NCBI GenBank assembly: GCA_051294905.1
Contig: CM119371.1
Span: 26,352,001-26,416,000, forward strand
Direction: 5' to 3'
DNA: 64,000 nucleotides
Source of the DNA: Botryllus schlosseri
Lineage: Eukaryota
Each line of letters opens with the position of its first letter. The stretch's first letter is position 1. The position numbers and the translations under genes are program-made. Positions 12,201-27,200 of the stretch are shown here, in pieces. Under the pieces are notes generated by a model. That model was given only the letters and a program-made list of their open reading frames with translations. It was not told the origin of the DNA and ran no database searches.

Positions 12201-15200
12201 CGAAAAATGTGACTCAAGTCATGACTCGGACCATCCCGCTTTACGGATCATGTCCCGAAAAACCAACTTTCTATGAGATTATCCGTTGGCTGACTAAAAC
12301 AAAAAACGCTTGACCGTTACTTGATCGCTGATCTCGTATATCTCAGTCCAGTTTCAACTTATATTTACCCAAAAGTTTCAAAAAAGAGGGCAAATTCTCC
12401 AAGAAGAGGACATTTAGGTTTCCTGGAAGGACACGTTAAAAAAAGTCAAATAAGAGGACAAATCCCACTAGGAAAGGACGTATGGTAACCCTATCAAATA
12501 TGGACTAGCTGAAAATTCTGTAGTTCTGTAGTTGTGGTTGCAATATTATTTCATTATGATTGTACACCTAATGGTTTGACTTACACAAATAAACTTGAAC
12601 ATTCAGGCCGAAATGCATTGCACCGGACCTAGTATATACTTGTGATGCATGTTCACTTGAACACAGTGGAAAACCTGTCCAAGGTGGTGACTAATTCAGA
12701 TAGGTCCATGCGTTGTATTGTATGAAACCTTCCTACAAATCACTATGGATGTCTTACCGAGAAGCTTCCCGTGTAGTAAAATTCGAAATAGAAAGAATAT
12801 TCGCCCATCCCATCAATCGTGATGTCATTCGGAAAGAAATCCGAGTCCAGCGGCAGTTCAGGAACAAATGAGGCATTGACTGAACCGCTTGATGTCCGCA
12901 CGGAGCACGTGACAGGGACACGTTTCCATTCTCCACGAGTTATGATCGACTGCAGTCGTTCTTCTTCGTACCAAATCCACATATCGGCGTGGTAGCGTAG
13001 CAGGTAGGAGTTGGACTGAAATTCGCGATGTTTAAAGCAGATTAGGACTGTTGGACAAGGTAACTCCATAGTTATCTACTTGGATCGAAAGGCTTGTGAT
13101 CTAATCCTACTACAATTTGGTAATGGTACAATGGTATCTAATTTCTGGTTTTCCTGAAAATGGTACAAGACAACTGTATATGCCAAAACCAGCCAAAATT
13201 GGTATAGGATACAGACATGCCACACACGTGCTTGTTGCTTTAAGGACTACATGCATTGTAGTAGAATTTATTACCTCAAGAGTTAACGGCACAATGAGAA
13301 CCATATACAAAGCAATTAAGACGAAAACCAAATAGACCTCAAGTTGTAAGGTTGTAACCAAGTCACAAGGCTCCGGGCCACAAGTCAATCTCACTTTTAT
13401 AGTTTTGACTCGAGTCAGATCAAGTCACTTTTAATAAGGCACCGAGTCAAGTCGGGGTCCAAGTCAGCGAGTAGAGCACCGCGTCCGAGTCATGGTATTA
13501 TGACTCGAGTCCGTTCCAAGTCATTGCGTCGACTGCTTCATTTCTAGTTTAAGTGTTGTTAAAAGCACTTTTATAAATATGTTCGGTGATATCAAACGGT
13601 TTGCAGTTAAAATATAAACATTTTTCTCACTTTTAACAGTTTCTGGTCGCATTTCAAGCCGCAATACCAACAGTATGGTTACTTTACTATTCTTTACAAT
13701 TACAATGAAATGCTGATGTTGGCCGCCAGAGACTCGAATCATGTGACTTGGTACGAGTCATGCGCGAACACTTGAGTCCAAGTCGAGTCAATACACAGAT
13801 TGACTTGAGTCGATTCGAGTTATTTGCGTATTTTCAGAAAATGACTGGAGTCAAGTCGAGTCATCAGAAAATCGCCACTCAGATCATTGACTCGAGTCAT
13901 TACAACTTTGGTATCGCCTGTCTCATATTCACATGCACATGTGAATGAACTCATATTTTACACGAGCTGTACACGAGATGTGTTATTTTTCTTTTGCGAA
14001 TTCGGTAATTCTAATTGTAACCTAATCCGGAAAACATTGTGTAGCGTTCTGATTTTAATATAATTTCGAAGAGCTGAAACTTTTGTAGTTGTTCGGCTCT
14101 GGGTAAATAACAGCTACTTGAACAGCCGTACAATATAAAAATATACATATTTTGATAAACTGAATATTTACTTATATGTGAGCACAACTGCCAATGCAAT
14201 ACCCCTACCCATTCGGTCACGCCGCATTGATGTCTCGCAATTTGCAGAATGTGATGTTGTCCGTCGAACGTAGACTGGCAGCTTGCTTGTGAAAAAGATT
14301 GCACGGTCGTCCCAACCACAACGGTTCTATTTGAAGCGCATGACGGCAAAGATATTTGCATTCCGGAACCGTCACATGCAACGTCCGCCGGCGCTACAAA
14401 TTATGATACAGTAGCAATTCAGATTCCCGTCACTGTATTTCTGTCAGACTTTGTCATTACGATCGCATATTAAGACAAATTCAATAACATTGGGCAACAA
14501 TTTTAAACGAAAAATTTGTTGAGTTTGAATTTGCCCTTGATTTAAGCTGATTGTGGCGTGCTGATTCCAAAAATACCGCTGGTTTACTTCTAACACGTCA
14601 AATTTTTGCTCTACGGCATATGGCCAAAATATGCAGATTTTGACGAATTTACCCATATTACTTTTCTATACCATATAAAAATCCACACTTTTGTAGGCAA
14701 GTTTTTGTTGCAGTTAAATCCGTGGAAAGTTGCATTCATTCATTTATTTTCGAAAAAAGTTGCAGAAGTTGCATTTTGACCACATTTTGCTCGGTTGACT
14801 CTAAAAAAAAGGTCAATTTTCCGGCTCAGCTCCCGAAATACCCGTATAAGCGCTACTTCGGGGCTGATTCACGGTGTTTCAGACGAATTTGGCCGTTTAT
14901 TTCACCGAAATATAAAATACTTCCATGAAAAATCGAAAAAGTTGTAAAATGTTGCAAAAAGTTGCATGGAAAATATGGACGAAAGTTACAAAAAGCTGCA
15001 CTATAAGATTCCTTCAAACAGCTTAAAACAACATTCTACATATCTTACGAGTATTTAGGAAGCTGTCGGAAGCTGTAAAAAAAAAGTTGCAAAAGTTACA
15101 AAAACTTGCCCTATAAGTTGAAGTTATATAGACAAGGTACTGGTACTGGTATCGATCTAGGACGATGCTTTCACCCATTTTTGGTTAGAGGATGCAATTA

Positions 15201-18200
15201 TCCGAGGATATTTCGGACACATATGGGATGCAAACTGCAGGATGCAGCACGAAATATGATATAAATAAGCATGGCATTTACATTTACTATCAGCTATAGG
15301 TCCAATGCCCCATTCAGCTTATCCAGTGTCACTTGAAACTCATAAACGCTCGATAGTTTGGATCAAGATGAAGACCTTAGGGATAGTAGACCTACCGATA
15401 AAGATTTTGAAACCAGTGCTTCCCAAACTTTTTCGGTGTGAGCGCCAAATTTAGAATTTCAGAGTACGGCCGGGGCCGCACGAATACTATGGGTATGAAA
15501 CGGACCCAAACAGCCATCATGGCTATTTCGGAGTAGTTTAATTGCCCTGGCGAGATTTCAAAACTGTACACTCTTTACCGCTATTTATCTGCTGCATTGG
15601 GTGTCCGTTGAGTGAATCACCTTTTCTCGCCTAAACGCTTGAAGCGCGAGAAATTTCATTAGTTTCATGACTGAATCGGTCAATATGCTCGGGAATTGCA
15701 TGTATTGCCATCAATTTTCATCCTGTCTCATCTGTTCACGTTATCTGATTTACCGGTAGTGCTGAGTGAGGTTTGTTTGGAAAGGTATAGGCCCCCTCAA
15801 TAGTAATTAGACATCTCCGGAGATATACCCGTTGGCAGGAACGTAACAGCACTTCGTCAGGACCCCGGGCTCCCATAAGGTGATAAACTGACCCCGCATC
15901 ACGTTGTTCGCTTTTGCCACGAAATTAAAGTTGTACTGTTTAGTGAGACAGCACGAGGCGCGAATATTTCGATAATTCGTGGTAAAATCGGTGAATAAGA
16001 TCGGGAATTGCATGGTTGTCCTCTTTGCCCACGTAATCAGATTGACCGGTAGAGCTGAGTGAGAGGTGTCTTTGAAACTGCAGACCCCGTAAATTTAAAC
16101 ATCTTCGGGCGGGCGGACCCCTAGGTAGGTATGACTTCTTTACATGATGTTATTTCGTGGCCTCCTGTCTGCTATACCAAAAAATGTAGAATTGCCCATA
16201 CCTACAAAACGATTTGTGTGAAAGATCACACGATTTTAGATTGATATTTCTTCACTGACATATAATTTTCTTTCCTGCGGGATGGTATTTGTCTTGTGAG
16301 GTTCAGATTGCCAAGACAAGAACATTCGACGCCAGTCATTTAGGCGCCTATATGGACAATTAAACCTATATGTATTTTGTATATATACCGAAGTTTTTGG
16401 TATTTCGAAGTTTTTGGTCAGCATAAAAGCAGTCTTTTACGGCCAAGGCTTTCTCGCTGCCGATCGTTCTGACACACTTCTTGGAGTCACATGTTACATG
16501 GCCTAAAACTTTATATGTGTTGGTGCGTTGTGCTGCGGTCATGGCCAACGCTGATATGCCCATTTCTATAAATCTTGCGTATTTTTTCTTGGGGAAGAGT
16601 GCCCAATAATCAAGATATGTGGCGAATTGAAGTCGCACCCAGCGCGAAAATTTTTTCAAAAAGTTGCATAAAAAAAAAAACTCTATAATTTATACTAATT
16701 CACGAAATAATTTTGGGCCCCCTTCGAGCTCGGCCCTCCTCAATTGGGGGATTTGGTGTGCGGCAGTTACGATCCTGACTATAGGACTACCAATTACGCT
16801 GCTTTAAGCCGGCTAAGCAGTATGCATCTCGGCGTATTCAACCATGAGTCACGTGTTGCACATCTAGTTATCATAGGGTTACCATGCGTACTCGGATGAC
16901 GCCCAAATGTCTTCTTTTTTGAGATTTTGTTTTCTTTTTTGAAGATTTTGGTTAGATATAGGGTCAAATTCGACTGATATACATTAAGTCAGCACTGTAG
17001 GAACGCTACGGCGGCTATTTCGGGAGCTGGACCGCAAAGTTGACCTTTTTTTTCAGTCAACCACCTGTTAATGTGAAAGAAAAACTGTATTTTCCAGCAG
17101 TTGAGCCTCTTTTTCTTTTTGAGTCAAGCGACCACGAAGTGGGAAAAATTTACCATTTTTTCAGGGTTTTCCTCCGGTTTTGAAAGTTATCAATACCTAT
17201 TTATATCTATAGCTACTTCTCATTCAACTGAAAAGTTAGGGCACATTGCATTGAAAAAGCAGTGACGTAACGTTAGCAGTCTCTACTCACAACTTTCCTG
17301 CAATTATATAATTGAAAACTACAGAGGCCAAGCCAAGCAAGAGTATACTGTTACCATGGATTGCTGATGGAGTTAGGAATCTCGATTTCCAACTCAAGTG
17401 AAGGGAAATGTCAATAGGTAGCCTAAATGATCCTAAAATGTGGCATCCTCCAAAATGACAACGTGTTAGCTGCAGTAACAATTGCACATTCAGCTTGTCT
17501 TCGTGAATAATACAGGAAAATTGAGAATAATACAGAAACATTGAATTGTTGCAATATCACAAGCCCGAATGGATCATGTGTCAGCTTTGTAATATTGTGT
17601 TTTCTTGGTGGTCAGACAATAAGGATGCACACATGTAACCTTGATACACATGTGCCACTGTCATATGTTAATGTCGGGCAGCCGACATTCAAAAAAGTTG
17701 AAATATCTCAATAATTTCCCGGAAAACCTTGAGAAAGTCAAAGATGTGAAAGGAAAAAATGTTCCCCAACATCCCAAGATGACGGGGATAAGATACAAGA
17801 GTAAATTAGAGCTTACATATGTTAGCTGACTATCGCTCGAGTATCGAACGAGACAACCTACAGAATTATGGGTTATTAGCGTAAATTTGGACCCCGAACC
17901 TCGCACTTTATTTGTCCTGTAGAAGCAATTTGCGTTTAAATCAACCAAATATGGCAATGTTTTTTAAAACGTTGTATACAATAAACAAAAATAAAAAAAA
18001 AGTAGTGCTTTTATGTGAGTTTGAGACAATGTGGTGGGGGCCTAACCCCAAAACTTGACGGGATAGAGGAAAACCGAATGTATTTTTGAATTCAGCGCCC
18101 AAGAGTTACTCAAAATCAATTGTCTGATCAAAGTCAACAAAAATTGTGTTGATCAGTGTAATCTGTGCAATGCGATTGTTGAAAAATAAAAATTTTCGGT

Positions 18201-21200
18201 AAATTCTGCTGCCTATTCATTAATTTTGTTTAGATTGGCTAAAAAATATTGTATAACAAATTTGGCTCAAGTACTACGTTCAACAGCGAAGTTATAACAG
18301 TTACGATTGATCCAAATTTTAGTTTTAGCATTTTTTAGACCAGCCTAACAAATTTATCGAATAGCCAGTAAAATTTAAGTAAAGCCTTTTACTCTTGATC
18401 AACCCTACTGAGAAAGCTTCTAATGTCAAACCCAAAAATGTTTTCTCCTTACGTGCGCATGTCTTCATATTATCCAGAAGATTCCAACATCCAAGTGAAC
18501 ATCCGCATGTCCGCGATCCTCCTTGTGGTAGGCATACGTCATTGCAGCCTCCGTTGTCGATGTCACAAGGATTTGATACACCTTGAGCAATCCAATCAAG
18601 TTGATTTTTTATTGAGAAACGGAAATTACATGTTTAATAACTCACTCGCTACAACCACCGTGAAACATACTTGAGTGCCTGATTTTCTGAAATTCGAATG
18701 ACATGGTGACAACAGACCCCAATTATTATTGTTAGGTGGAATGACAGTGTTTCTGATCTGACTAATATATGACGAGCAAATATCATGGAGTTGAGCAAAT
18801 ATTTGCTAAGGCCATTGAAGTATTGATCTGAAGGTGATAAATTTGCAAATCGTCGTATCCTACCTGTGAATTGTTTGAAGCAAATGAATATTCTCTAATA
18901 TAGGGATCTGTCAGATATTTAAACGGCTTTTGAAACAACTAAACTAATACGTTCGTTTGATGTAACTCTATGTCGGACCTGGGCAAAGTGAGGCCCGCAG
19001 AGCTATTTGGAGCAGCCCGGGAAATGCTGCCTGAAATTCAAAACCTAACACCTACTTTTGAATATTGCTGCGTGGAGTAAATTCACAAGCTGTATAAACT
19101 GAACCAGAAATTCGTTCACTTTGATACCTGTTCATTAATATGCCGCGATCACGCTGTCTACGTGCCTCACATGCGTAATCCAGATTGAAAATAAAGTCAA
19201 TGTAAGAAAGTATGTCGTAACAATTAAAGTCACAAGTAGCCACTCTGTCCAGATAGTATAGTTTATTATTTCATTGTTGTCACAATACACATTGAACTAG
19301 GGTTGCCATACGTCCGGAATTTCCTGGACATGTCCGGAATTTCACTGGTAAAACTGCGTCTGGGATGAATTTCTAAAATATGCCTAAATGTCCGGAATTT
19401 TTTCGTAAATCAACATAAACAATATTATTTCAGGGCAGATTTATGCCACATGAAATTTTACTTCGCGTTGCGCGCGATTCATCATCAGATATATTGGTTT
19501 TAATATGGGGACTATACCACCCTCTCAAAAACTACGATCAAAATAAATAAAAATAGCATTCAAGCATTCATTCACAGAAATAAGTCTAATTGTAATCGCA
19601 ATTACAATATTACGGTATATTCATAGAGTCGGTTTAGGCCGTTTGCATGTTTTCTTCAAAGTTACTGGTTCTAAACCTGGGCGTATTTTGCCTTTATTCT
19701 GGGGTTCGCGAAGATGATGAACGTAATCAGCTTCGAAAATAGGCCGTGAGTGAGTCTGGGCAAATGTGCCGACCTTTAATTACTAATCGGCTTTCAAATT
19801 TGAAGCTGGGCCACGGCAAATTGGACATGGAGTCGTGATCATAAAAGGTTGGAAACCATCCGGAGGCGCGGTGTTTATATAGTTCAGTGGTGCAGTATGC
19901 ACCGGCATTAGGCTGATAAATAATTTTATCGGTGTGACATGAACAAGACTTGACGATATACAATTACGCTCCTTGCATTTTCGAAGTCATTTTCGGGTTT
20001 TCCCTCACCAGCTCTAAAGCTAACTCTGATCATCAAGGCGGAGAGAGGATTTAAATTATATAGTAATATATGGAAGAACCATTATTATGGACATAATTCA
20101 TTAAAATCATCTAATATACAATTGAATAGTATATTCATATTGAAATGAACCCGAATATTATCGGCTGACACTTATCAAGGGTAATCATCAGCAACTAGTA
20201 GAGAATTCGAAACAACATCGTATATCAACAATCGTTTATCGCATCACAAAATATGACGTCACCAGCAGGAAATTTCGAATACGACAGCCTTCAATGCACT
20301 GTGTTTAGACGGTACACGAACTCTTTTTGTTGACAGAGCCTTGAATAGTGTATTTTGATAAAAGTCAACTCCAAGGCTCACGAATGAAAGTGTGAACGGC
20401 CCCTCCCGACGACACGAAATCTGTCGTCTAACTTCCAGATGCATATAGTAAGCCCCCAAAAGTTGGATAGATTACCCTCAAGTGGGTCAAAAATCGGTGT
20501 TTATTTGTGCGGGAGAGGGTTGAAAAATATGGCTTCGGCACTGTTTACAACTTACAAAACACAACCACATACTCCTGGACCGGATCGTGACCACTCACTC
20601 ACTCTGTAGTCGACAGACAAAGCTTTGCTGGTGTGACGTCATATTGATGGACAATGTGCTCAAACCTCGTTTTAAAATTCACTGGTGGGCGCTAAAGAGC
20701 GTCCGGAATTTGTGTCAAAAAATATGGGGACCCTACATTAAACGATCTGTGCTTGAATGTGCAACGTGATACGTTTCCAAATCCCTAATTCGCAAAACAA
20801 GTTAATCAGTGCTCGTGATTACTACAAGTCATCATCACCCCTCAACGATGAATATGAAAAGGCACGTCAAAAATGAAAGGCGGAAGCTGAATTTCAGTGA
20901 AGGTCTGGAGCACTAAATATCTGTTTACTGGAAGTCACAGGTAAAACTATCCTTTCGATTTGTGTCGCGCAGGTTGCCGTATTCAGGGAGTATAATTTAA
21001 GTCGGCGTCACGGCAAAAATTCAAAGAAAAACACTCGGTCAAGAGAGGGCAAATTCGTGCCAGCTTCGATCTGCAAGCTATGAACACTGCGGGAAAAGCA
21101 GAGATCAAGACAAAAAGCTTTGTTGTATCCCATTATATTTTAATGTCTTGACATGGAAACGGGGATACGGGTTTGAAGAGAGTTCGAAACAAATCACGTT

Positions 21201-24200
21201 CAACATTGTTTGGAATTATTACGGCAAATTATCATTATTGTTTTTTATTAATTAACTGTCACTTTCTAATTACCTAATATCAACACATCCACTAGGCATC
21301 ATTTATTAGAAAGGAAATTAGCTGCTTGGTATTTAGAAATGAGAATATTGCACTGGAAAATATAGCAAAAATGTTTGACTAGGCCGCAAACGCAGTGTCT
21401 GCTTCTCATTTGGCCCGCAGAGAACATAATTCTCCACCTCTGCTCTAGGGTTTGTACAACGTGATACCTGACACTTGCCATATAACTCGCGGTATCATAA
21501 ATGAAACTTGGATGCAAAAAGTAATTACAACTGAAATTACATGGTATGGCAATATGTCTGTAATCTTTAAAACTTATTATCATCATCGATATCAGTGTGC
21601 CTGCGAAAGACATGCATCTATATCCGAAAACCAATTTACCCGAACGAGTCCAGAGCATAATAGCAGATGATATGCCGCCCTGTCTGACTGGGGTCTGGAC
21701 TCCATGTAATGTTGGATCCGTACGCCCCGGTGGCGTTTATGTACACTGGCACCGATACTTGAACGCCAATGGGGCCCAAAACAACGAATTGGATGATCCT
21801 GTAAATGTGAAAAAATGTCGTTAACTACAGTGTGATTCAGCTCTTCGTTGCATTAGACCGGTGATTCTCAAACTTAGGGGCGTGAGTACATCTGTATGGG
21901 GCGCGAAGCTGCGGTCAACCGAACATTCTTGTCGCGCTACGCGCAATTTATATCTATTTATAGTTGTTAATCTGGTATAGTCTAAATTTCATATTTCAGA
22001 ATCATCTTATCAACAGTCATAACCTTCCATACCACCAAACCATCCGTTGGGATTGGAAGCATTCTTTTTGCATTTGGTGATATGACGATGGCATATTTTC
22101 ACTATCATAAAGGGCGGCGTGTTTAAAATAGTTTGAAATCCACTGCATTAGATGAAAAACATTAGTCCCGAATGCTGAGTCAGTTTCGAAAAGGTGAAAT
22201 AATATGGCGTGTTATGGTACTATGTTGACTTGATGTTGTACAATTATAATTGGTTGTGCCTGTTTTTCACAAAATGATGAGTCCTCCGTTGAGTTTGATA
22301 TGGCAAACCATATTAAATTTCACGACGTACAACTTCAAAATGCAACATTACGTTCCACACTTGCAATAGTTAGTTAAGTGTATTCATATTTCATATAGAA
22401 CGATGGATATGGGTATTCCGACCACAATAGACCGTTTTTTTGTTTGTTTTTCTATTGCAGTACAGATAATTCAGACCATTCATTCGTCGAAGGGACGAAT
22501 GATGACAAAGCGTTTCGCGCAGCACAGTGCTTTTCAGCACCAATCAACCGGAAATTATCAAAGAAAATACAAATGAAGAGAGCTCTGGAGCAGCATATAC
22601 TTAAGGATAGCTTGGTGTGGTACCTATGGGTCAACGAATCCTTTCTGACTTTAGTGTATATCGAGTAGGTCGTATATTTTAAATTAAGGGCAATTATGCA
22701 TGAGTGTTCAAGTCTACATACGTGGCCTCGGCGTCACTTGGATACGCGTAAATGATTTCATCGAAGGTGCCTTCGTCGTCAGACACGGTGATGGTTTCTC
22801 CATCTTGTATTGTTTCAGCCGGGTAAGTCGGCGAGTCATTACACATTGTTGTTGAACTTACTGCAGTAATGTATTTGGTGACACAGTGATATTTCTAGAC
22901 TTAGTTTCTCTTACTGTCGACGAGGAATTGCAACGGCACTTGACTCAAGTAGTCTGTCGGCTTCACCGTTCTGCTTCCGTTCAGTATAATTGTATTCAGT
23001 GGACGGTCTTCCAACATCAGAGCCACAGGGACGAGATAGATTCCACCGCCCCCATCATAATGAATTTGACATGTAGTCTGAAGTACAAAACATGAGTGAT
23101 AGGACACATTACAGGTATAAGACTTGCATTTCAAACAAAAATCGACATGAAAACAAAAATGTTCAAAACAAGGCCCTTAATTGTTTGAAATATGTTTTGT
23201 AATTATTTTTTTCAGCCATGACGTTGCGAATGTTCAATTGTGACGTCATAGTGGATTAGAATTGACAATTGAAAACATAAGGTAGAAAAAGCTCCTTTGA
23301 CGAAATATCTACTTACTATAGCTGTTGAACCAACTATTTTGAGCGTTCCAACCATCCAAAATCGCATACGTTGGCAATATCGGGTGCTAGTTGTCTGTAG
23401 GCTCACATGAAATGTTTTGGAAAGTATTTACACAATCATGGCATGATTTCACAACTTGACAAAACGGATTTTTTAAAATGCCGTTAGTTTAAAACACTGT
23501 TTGAAACATGTTTCAAACAAAGTCTTTTAAGCAACCATTTGTTTTAAATGCAACTCTAATTACTGGTGAATTATGCCTGAATTGGCAACTGGATAATTTT
23601 TGTTGTCTAATTAGCCAGTGGTTTCTCAACGGCGTCCACGAGACGGTTGTTTAGGACCGTGAAGCACGAAACAAAAAAATTCAAATGACCCAGCTAAAAC
23701 ATGTTTTTGGGACATAAACATTTCGCGCAAACTATTTCTAAGCCAAACCCGATGCGCTTTGGGCCCGAAAATATATCGGTATTCCACATAGAGTAGAAAA
23801 TTTTGATGCAGACTTAATCACTTTTACATTTGAATCGTGCTTTACGCGCTTCTGTGTCACTTTGCATTGTGCGTATACCCACTCCCGAACAAAATACGCA
23901 TAGTTTTACAAAAATAAATCTACGTATAGGAGAACTCTGCTCGAGGCCGTTGAAATATTTTATTCTACAGGGGTCCGCAACTCCCAGGTGTATTATCGTG
24001 AAGCGAGTGGTGCAGTGTGCTAGGCGACACCGTCACGACACCAATGGTTCGAGTCTCGGCTCTGCCATGTTTCTATGTGTCGGGGGTTTTCTAGGCTCGC
24101 CGATCCCACTGTACAAACATTGTGTTGAAAATCCCAGAAACAGAGTAAGCCACGCTCTCATAAAGTCGGCAGCCGAGACCAGAAAACGGACGCATGCCTG

Positions 24201-27200
24201 TCAGGGATATCTCTGTTGAAGGGATATCCCTGATGCAAGTGTGCATGTGCGTGAATGAAAGTCGTCCAATGAGAAAGCCAGAAGATGCAGGAAGCTGAAG
24301 ATACTGACCCGCCAGCCAATAAAGCTGAACTGTAGAAATATCTGTGTCGTGACGCACAAGGCCTGAACGGCGATAAGCATCACTGTAATACTTGTGTATA
24401 ATAATAGTAAAAAGTTGTATCATCGGCATTTTGACGATGAACTAATCCGCACCTGGACACACCGAGACGTATGAAGATTTGACCAATATCGGACTTCACG
24501 AGAAGTGCGTTTCCGGAAAGAATATAGGCAATATAGCCGGGAGAAAAATAATGCTCACGAGTAGAAATGCGAATTGAAAAGTCTGGTACACAGTAAACCC
24601 CGGGACCACCTTTAGAGGAGGATACAAAACTCACGATTTAACGTGGACTCTATTTCCACTCTAATAAGATTGAAAATAATAATACATTCCCGATACGGAT
24701 ACCGAAAATTCCGTTTCAGTCTCCATATATATACACCACAAAGCCTCCTTGAAGCAAGCAATACTAGGTATAGCACTATGGTAATGCGTTTACAGCAGTG
24801 GTTCCCAACCTGTGGTACGCGTACCACTAGTGGTACGCGAAGGTCTTTCAGGTGGTACGCGAGTAGATTCTGTTTTTTTTTTCTCGACCGAAGGGAGTTA
24901 TTAGTTCAGGTGAGGATGATTTTGAGTTTTTTGAAGCCGTCGTCTCACGCTATTCACCATCAGCTGCTAATTTCCCTTATACGTGAGAATGCGAACAAGG
25001 ATTTTCAGATTTTCATCCCTGATGACTATCAAGTCGAAGAAACGAAACCGACTTGTTGCGTCCATACAAGACTTTCGATGCGCTGTAAGCAAACGTATAC
25101 CACGCATCGACAAGCTAGTGGAAAATAAACAAATGCAGCCATCGCATTAAATAAACTGACTTTTGAATGTGTGTTGTTATTTCATTTTGTTGTTCTTCTT
25201 GTGACTGGTGGTGAAAAACAATTCCATACATCCTATCAGCCCTGGGTGATAATACCTAGTTCAAGGGTGTCAATCTCAAATTGCATCGCGGGCCGGATCG
25301 AAGTCATGAAATCGCCCGCGGGCAGGACCAGTCAACGGAATCCAAAATGTTGCCTCATGCCGTTGCTTCTCGCTGGATTACTTTATTATCAAGCATATAT
25401 AGATAATACACGGATCGTAGGGGTTTCATTCTAGCGAGTCGCAACACCATTATTTGCGAGCAATGAAATTGGCGAAAATACGAAGTTTGTCCGGTTGAAT
25501 ACAATGGCATTACCGGCGATACAAGTAGGGGTGGGGTGACCAACCTGCGGTCGTAAGAGAGAATTTGTGCGGCCGTAGACACGCAATTCAATTAGTATGT
25601 GTTGGCGGCCGTCGACATGCAATTCGAATTTACGAGTTCACTCCTGATTTCTTGAAAGATTTTAATTATTCTTGAAATTTTCTTCGCGCGCGATTCAATG
25701 CGGCTACATTTTTCGATTTTAATGTAGTAGCACCCCTTGCAATCAAAGCCCCACAATACAGATGCGAACATCAATGAAAAATGATGCGCCTCACATGGAA
25801 ATATCAGCTCGGAATCGTGTGCTCCTCACTATAATAACAATCCTGGTGGGAGGTCAAGAAATAACAGCATGCTACAAAGTGACTAATACCAATTGGCCCA
25901 CCTGAAGATGTATCATAATTTATAACTTGCTTTAAATTTTCTAAAACACCCCTACATCAACTCTATACCAATGAATCTGATCACACGGGATGAGAAAGGA
26001 TAGATGTTTGATGGTAATATGTAAAACTACTAATATCAATGACGAAATTCATTGGTGAATCTTGATTTTTTTTTCGCACTGGGCGCGACTATGAGTACTA
26101 CCTTTCTTAACATTACCAGTGACCACACGCGATTTTGGTGCGCATAGTAAGCCTCTACCATTAAATAGATTAGTCCGGAGTTTACCAGAAATGGACATAT
26201 AGACACTTTTACCTGGGTATTGGGCGTCCAGCTCGTTCAGTACGACTATGCCCTGGAATACGGCCGTAGGCTACACGAGTAGTCGAAATGTGAATGGCAA
26301 AAAGGTTGGCCACCCCTGCTTTAGCCATAATCTGGCGTTATTCCTGCGTATGCGTTGTGATGAATACAAGATATTTAACTGTCAACGCGGACTTTGTAAT
26401 TTGGTTTATTACTGTGGATGTGATGGATAATACTATCTTTTTTCAATGTACTCAGAATTGCTATGCAGGCCGGATAAAATCGTCTGGCGGGCCGGATCCG
26501 GCCCACGGGCCGTATGTTTGACATCCCTGGCCTAGTTTAATAGAATTTGTTAATACACCTCGCATAGGTCAAATACGTGAGTATGACGTCATAAATGGTG
26601 GAAACGCGTGTAACTTATATAGGTGGTACGCGAGCACTGCATAAAACCTCAAAATGGTACGTGGGTGGAAAAAGGTTGGGAAACACTGGTTTACAGGATA
26701 TTCACTAGATAACGCTGCATGTCATTGGACAGACGACACGTAAAACTCAGAACAATATATACGGCTGTCCGAGTCATTTGTGCGGGGCTCGCGGGCCGCA
26801 TTCAACATTTGAATCCATTTGAGGGTCGTACTATATAAAATTGGGATACTGAGCCAAAATTCAATATTGTTATTCAATTATTTAGTTACCGACAACATCG
26901 AAATATTGAATAATATTTGACTATTTCTATATTTAAACCGAACATTGATTTGATGATGATGTACACGCGTCAGAAACATTGACCACAATTCACAAGCAGG
27001 TCGTCCTCATTGTCAAAATTGATGATGAATATCGGTTATCCCGATTCTTAGAACTTGATGTAAATTTTAGTCTGTGAGCAGTGATCCGTTCATAGATTTG
27101 CCGATTGTACTTTTGGTTTAACTCCAGGACACGCAATGCTGACAGCATCATAACCAATTAACCATCCTACCTTTAAATACGCTTATACGCTATATAAACA

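Larger units (their letters stand above)
10343..12493. mobile_element. hAT-Blackjack-like element hosting two nested insertions
   Basis: TIR TAGGGTTAC(A)ATA...TATGGTAACCCTA; TSD TCTAATAT/TCAAATAT; AGAGGACA subterminal repeats. Confidence 0.75.

Noticed and set aside
18864..21530. Alternative candidate exons between exons 7 and 9 (21468-21530, 19171-19244, 18864-18907)
   Set aside because: Wrong phase combination or no family motif; 18646-18686 fits phase, splice consensus and motif. Minor alternative use cannot be excluded.
24003..24070. tRNA gene
   Set aside because: A/B boxes are present but there is no complete cloverleaf and it continues into a SINE-like body
24643..25128. 161-aa ORF as a gene
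   Set aside because: It crosses a transposon terminus; the real coding remnant is a frameshifted transposase tail in other frames
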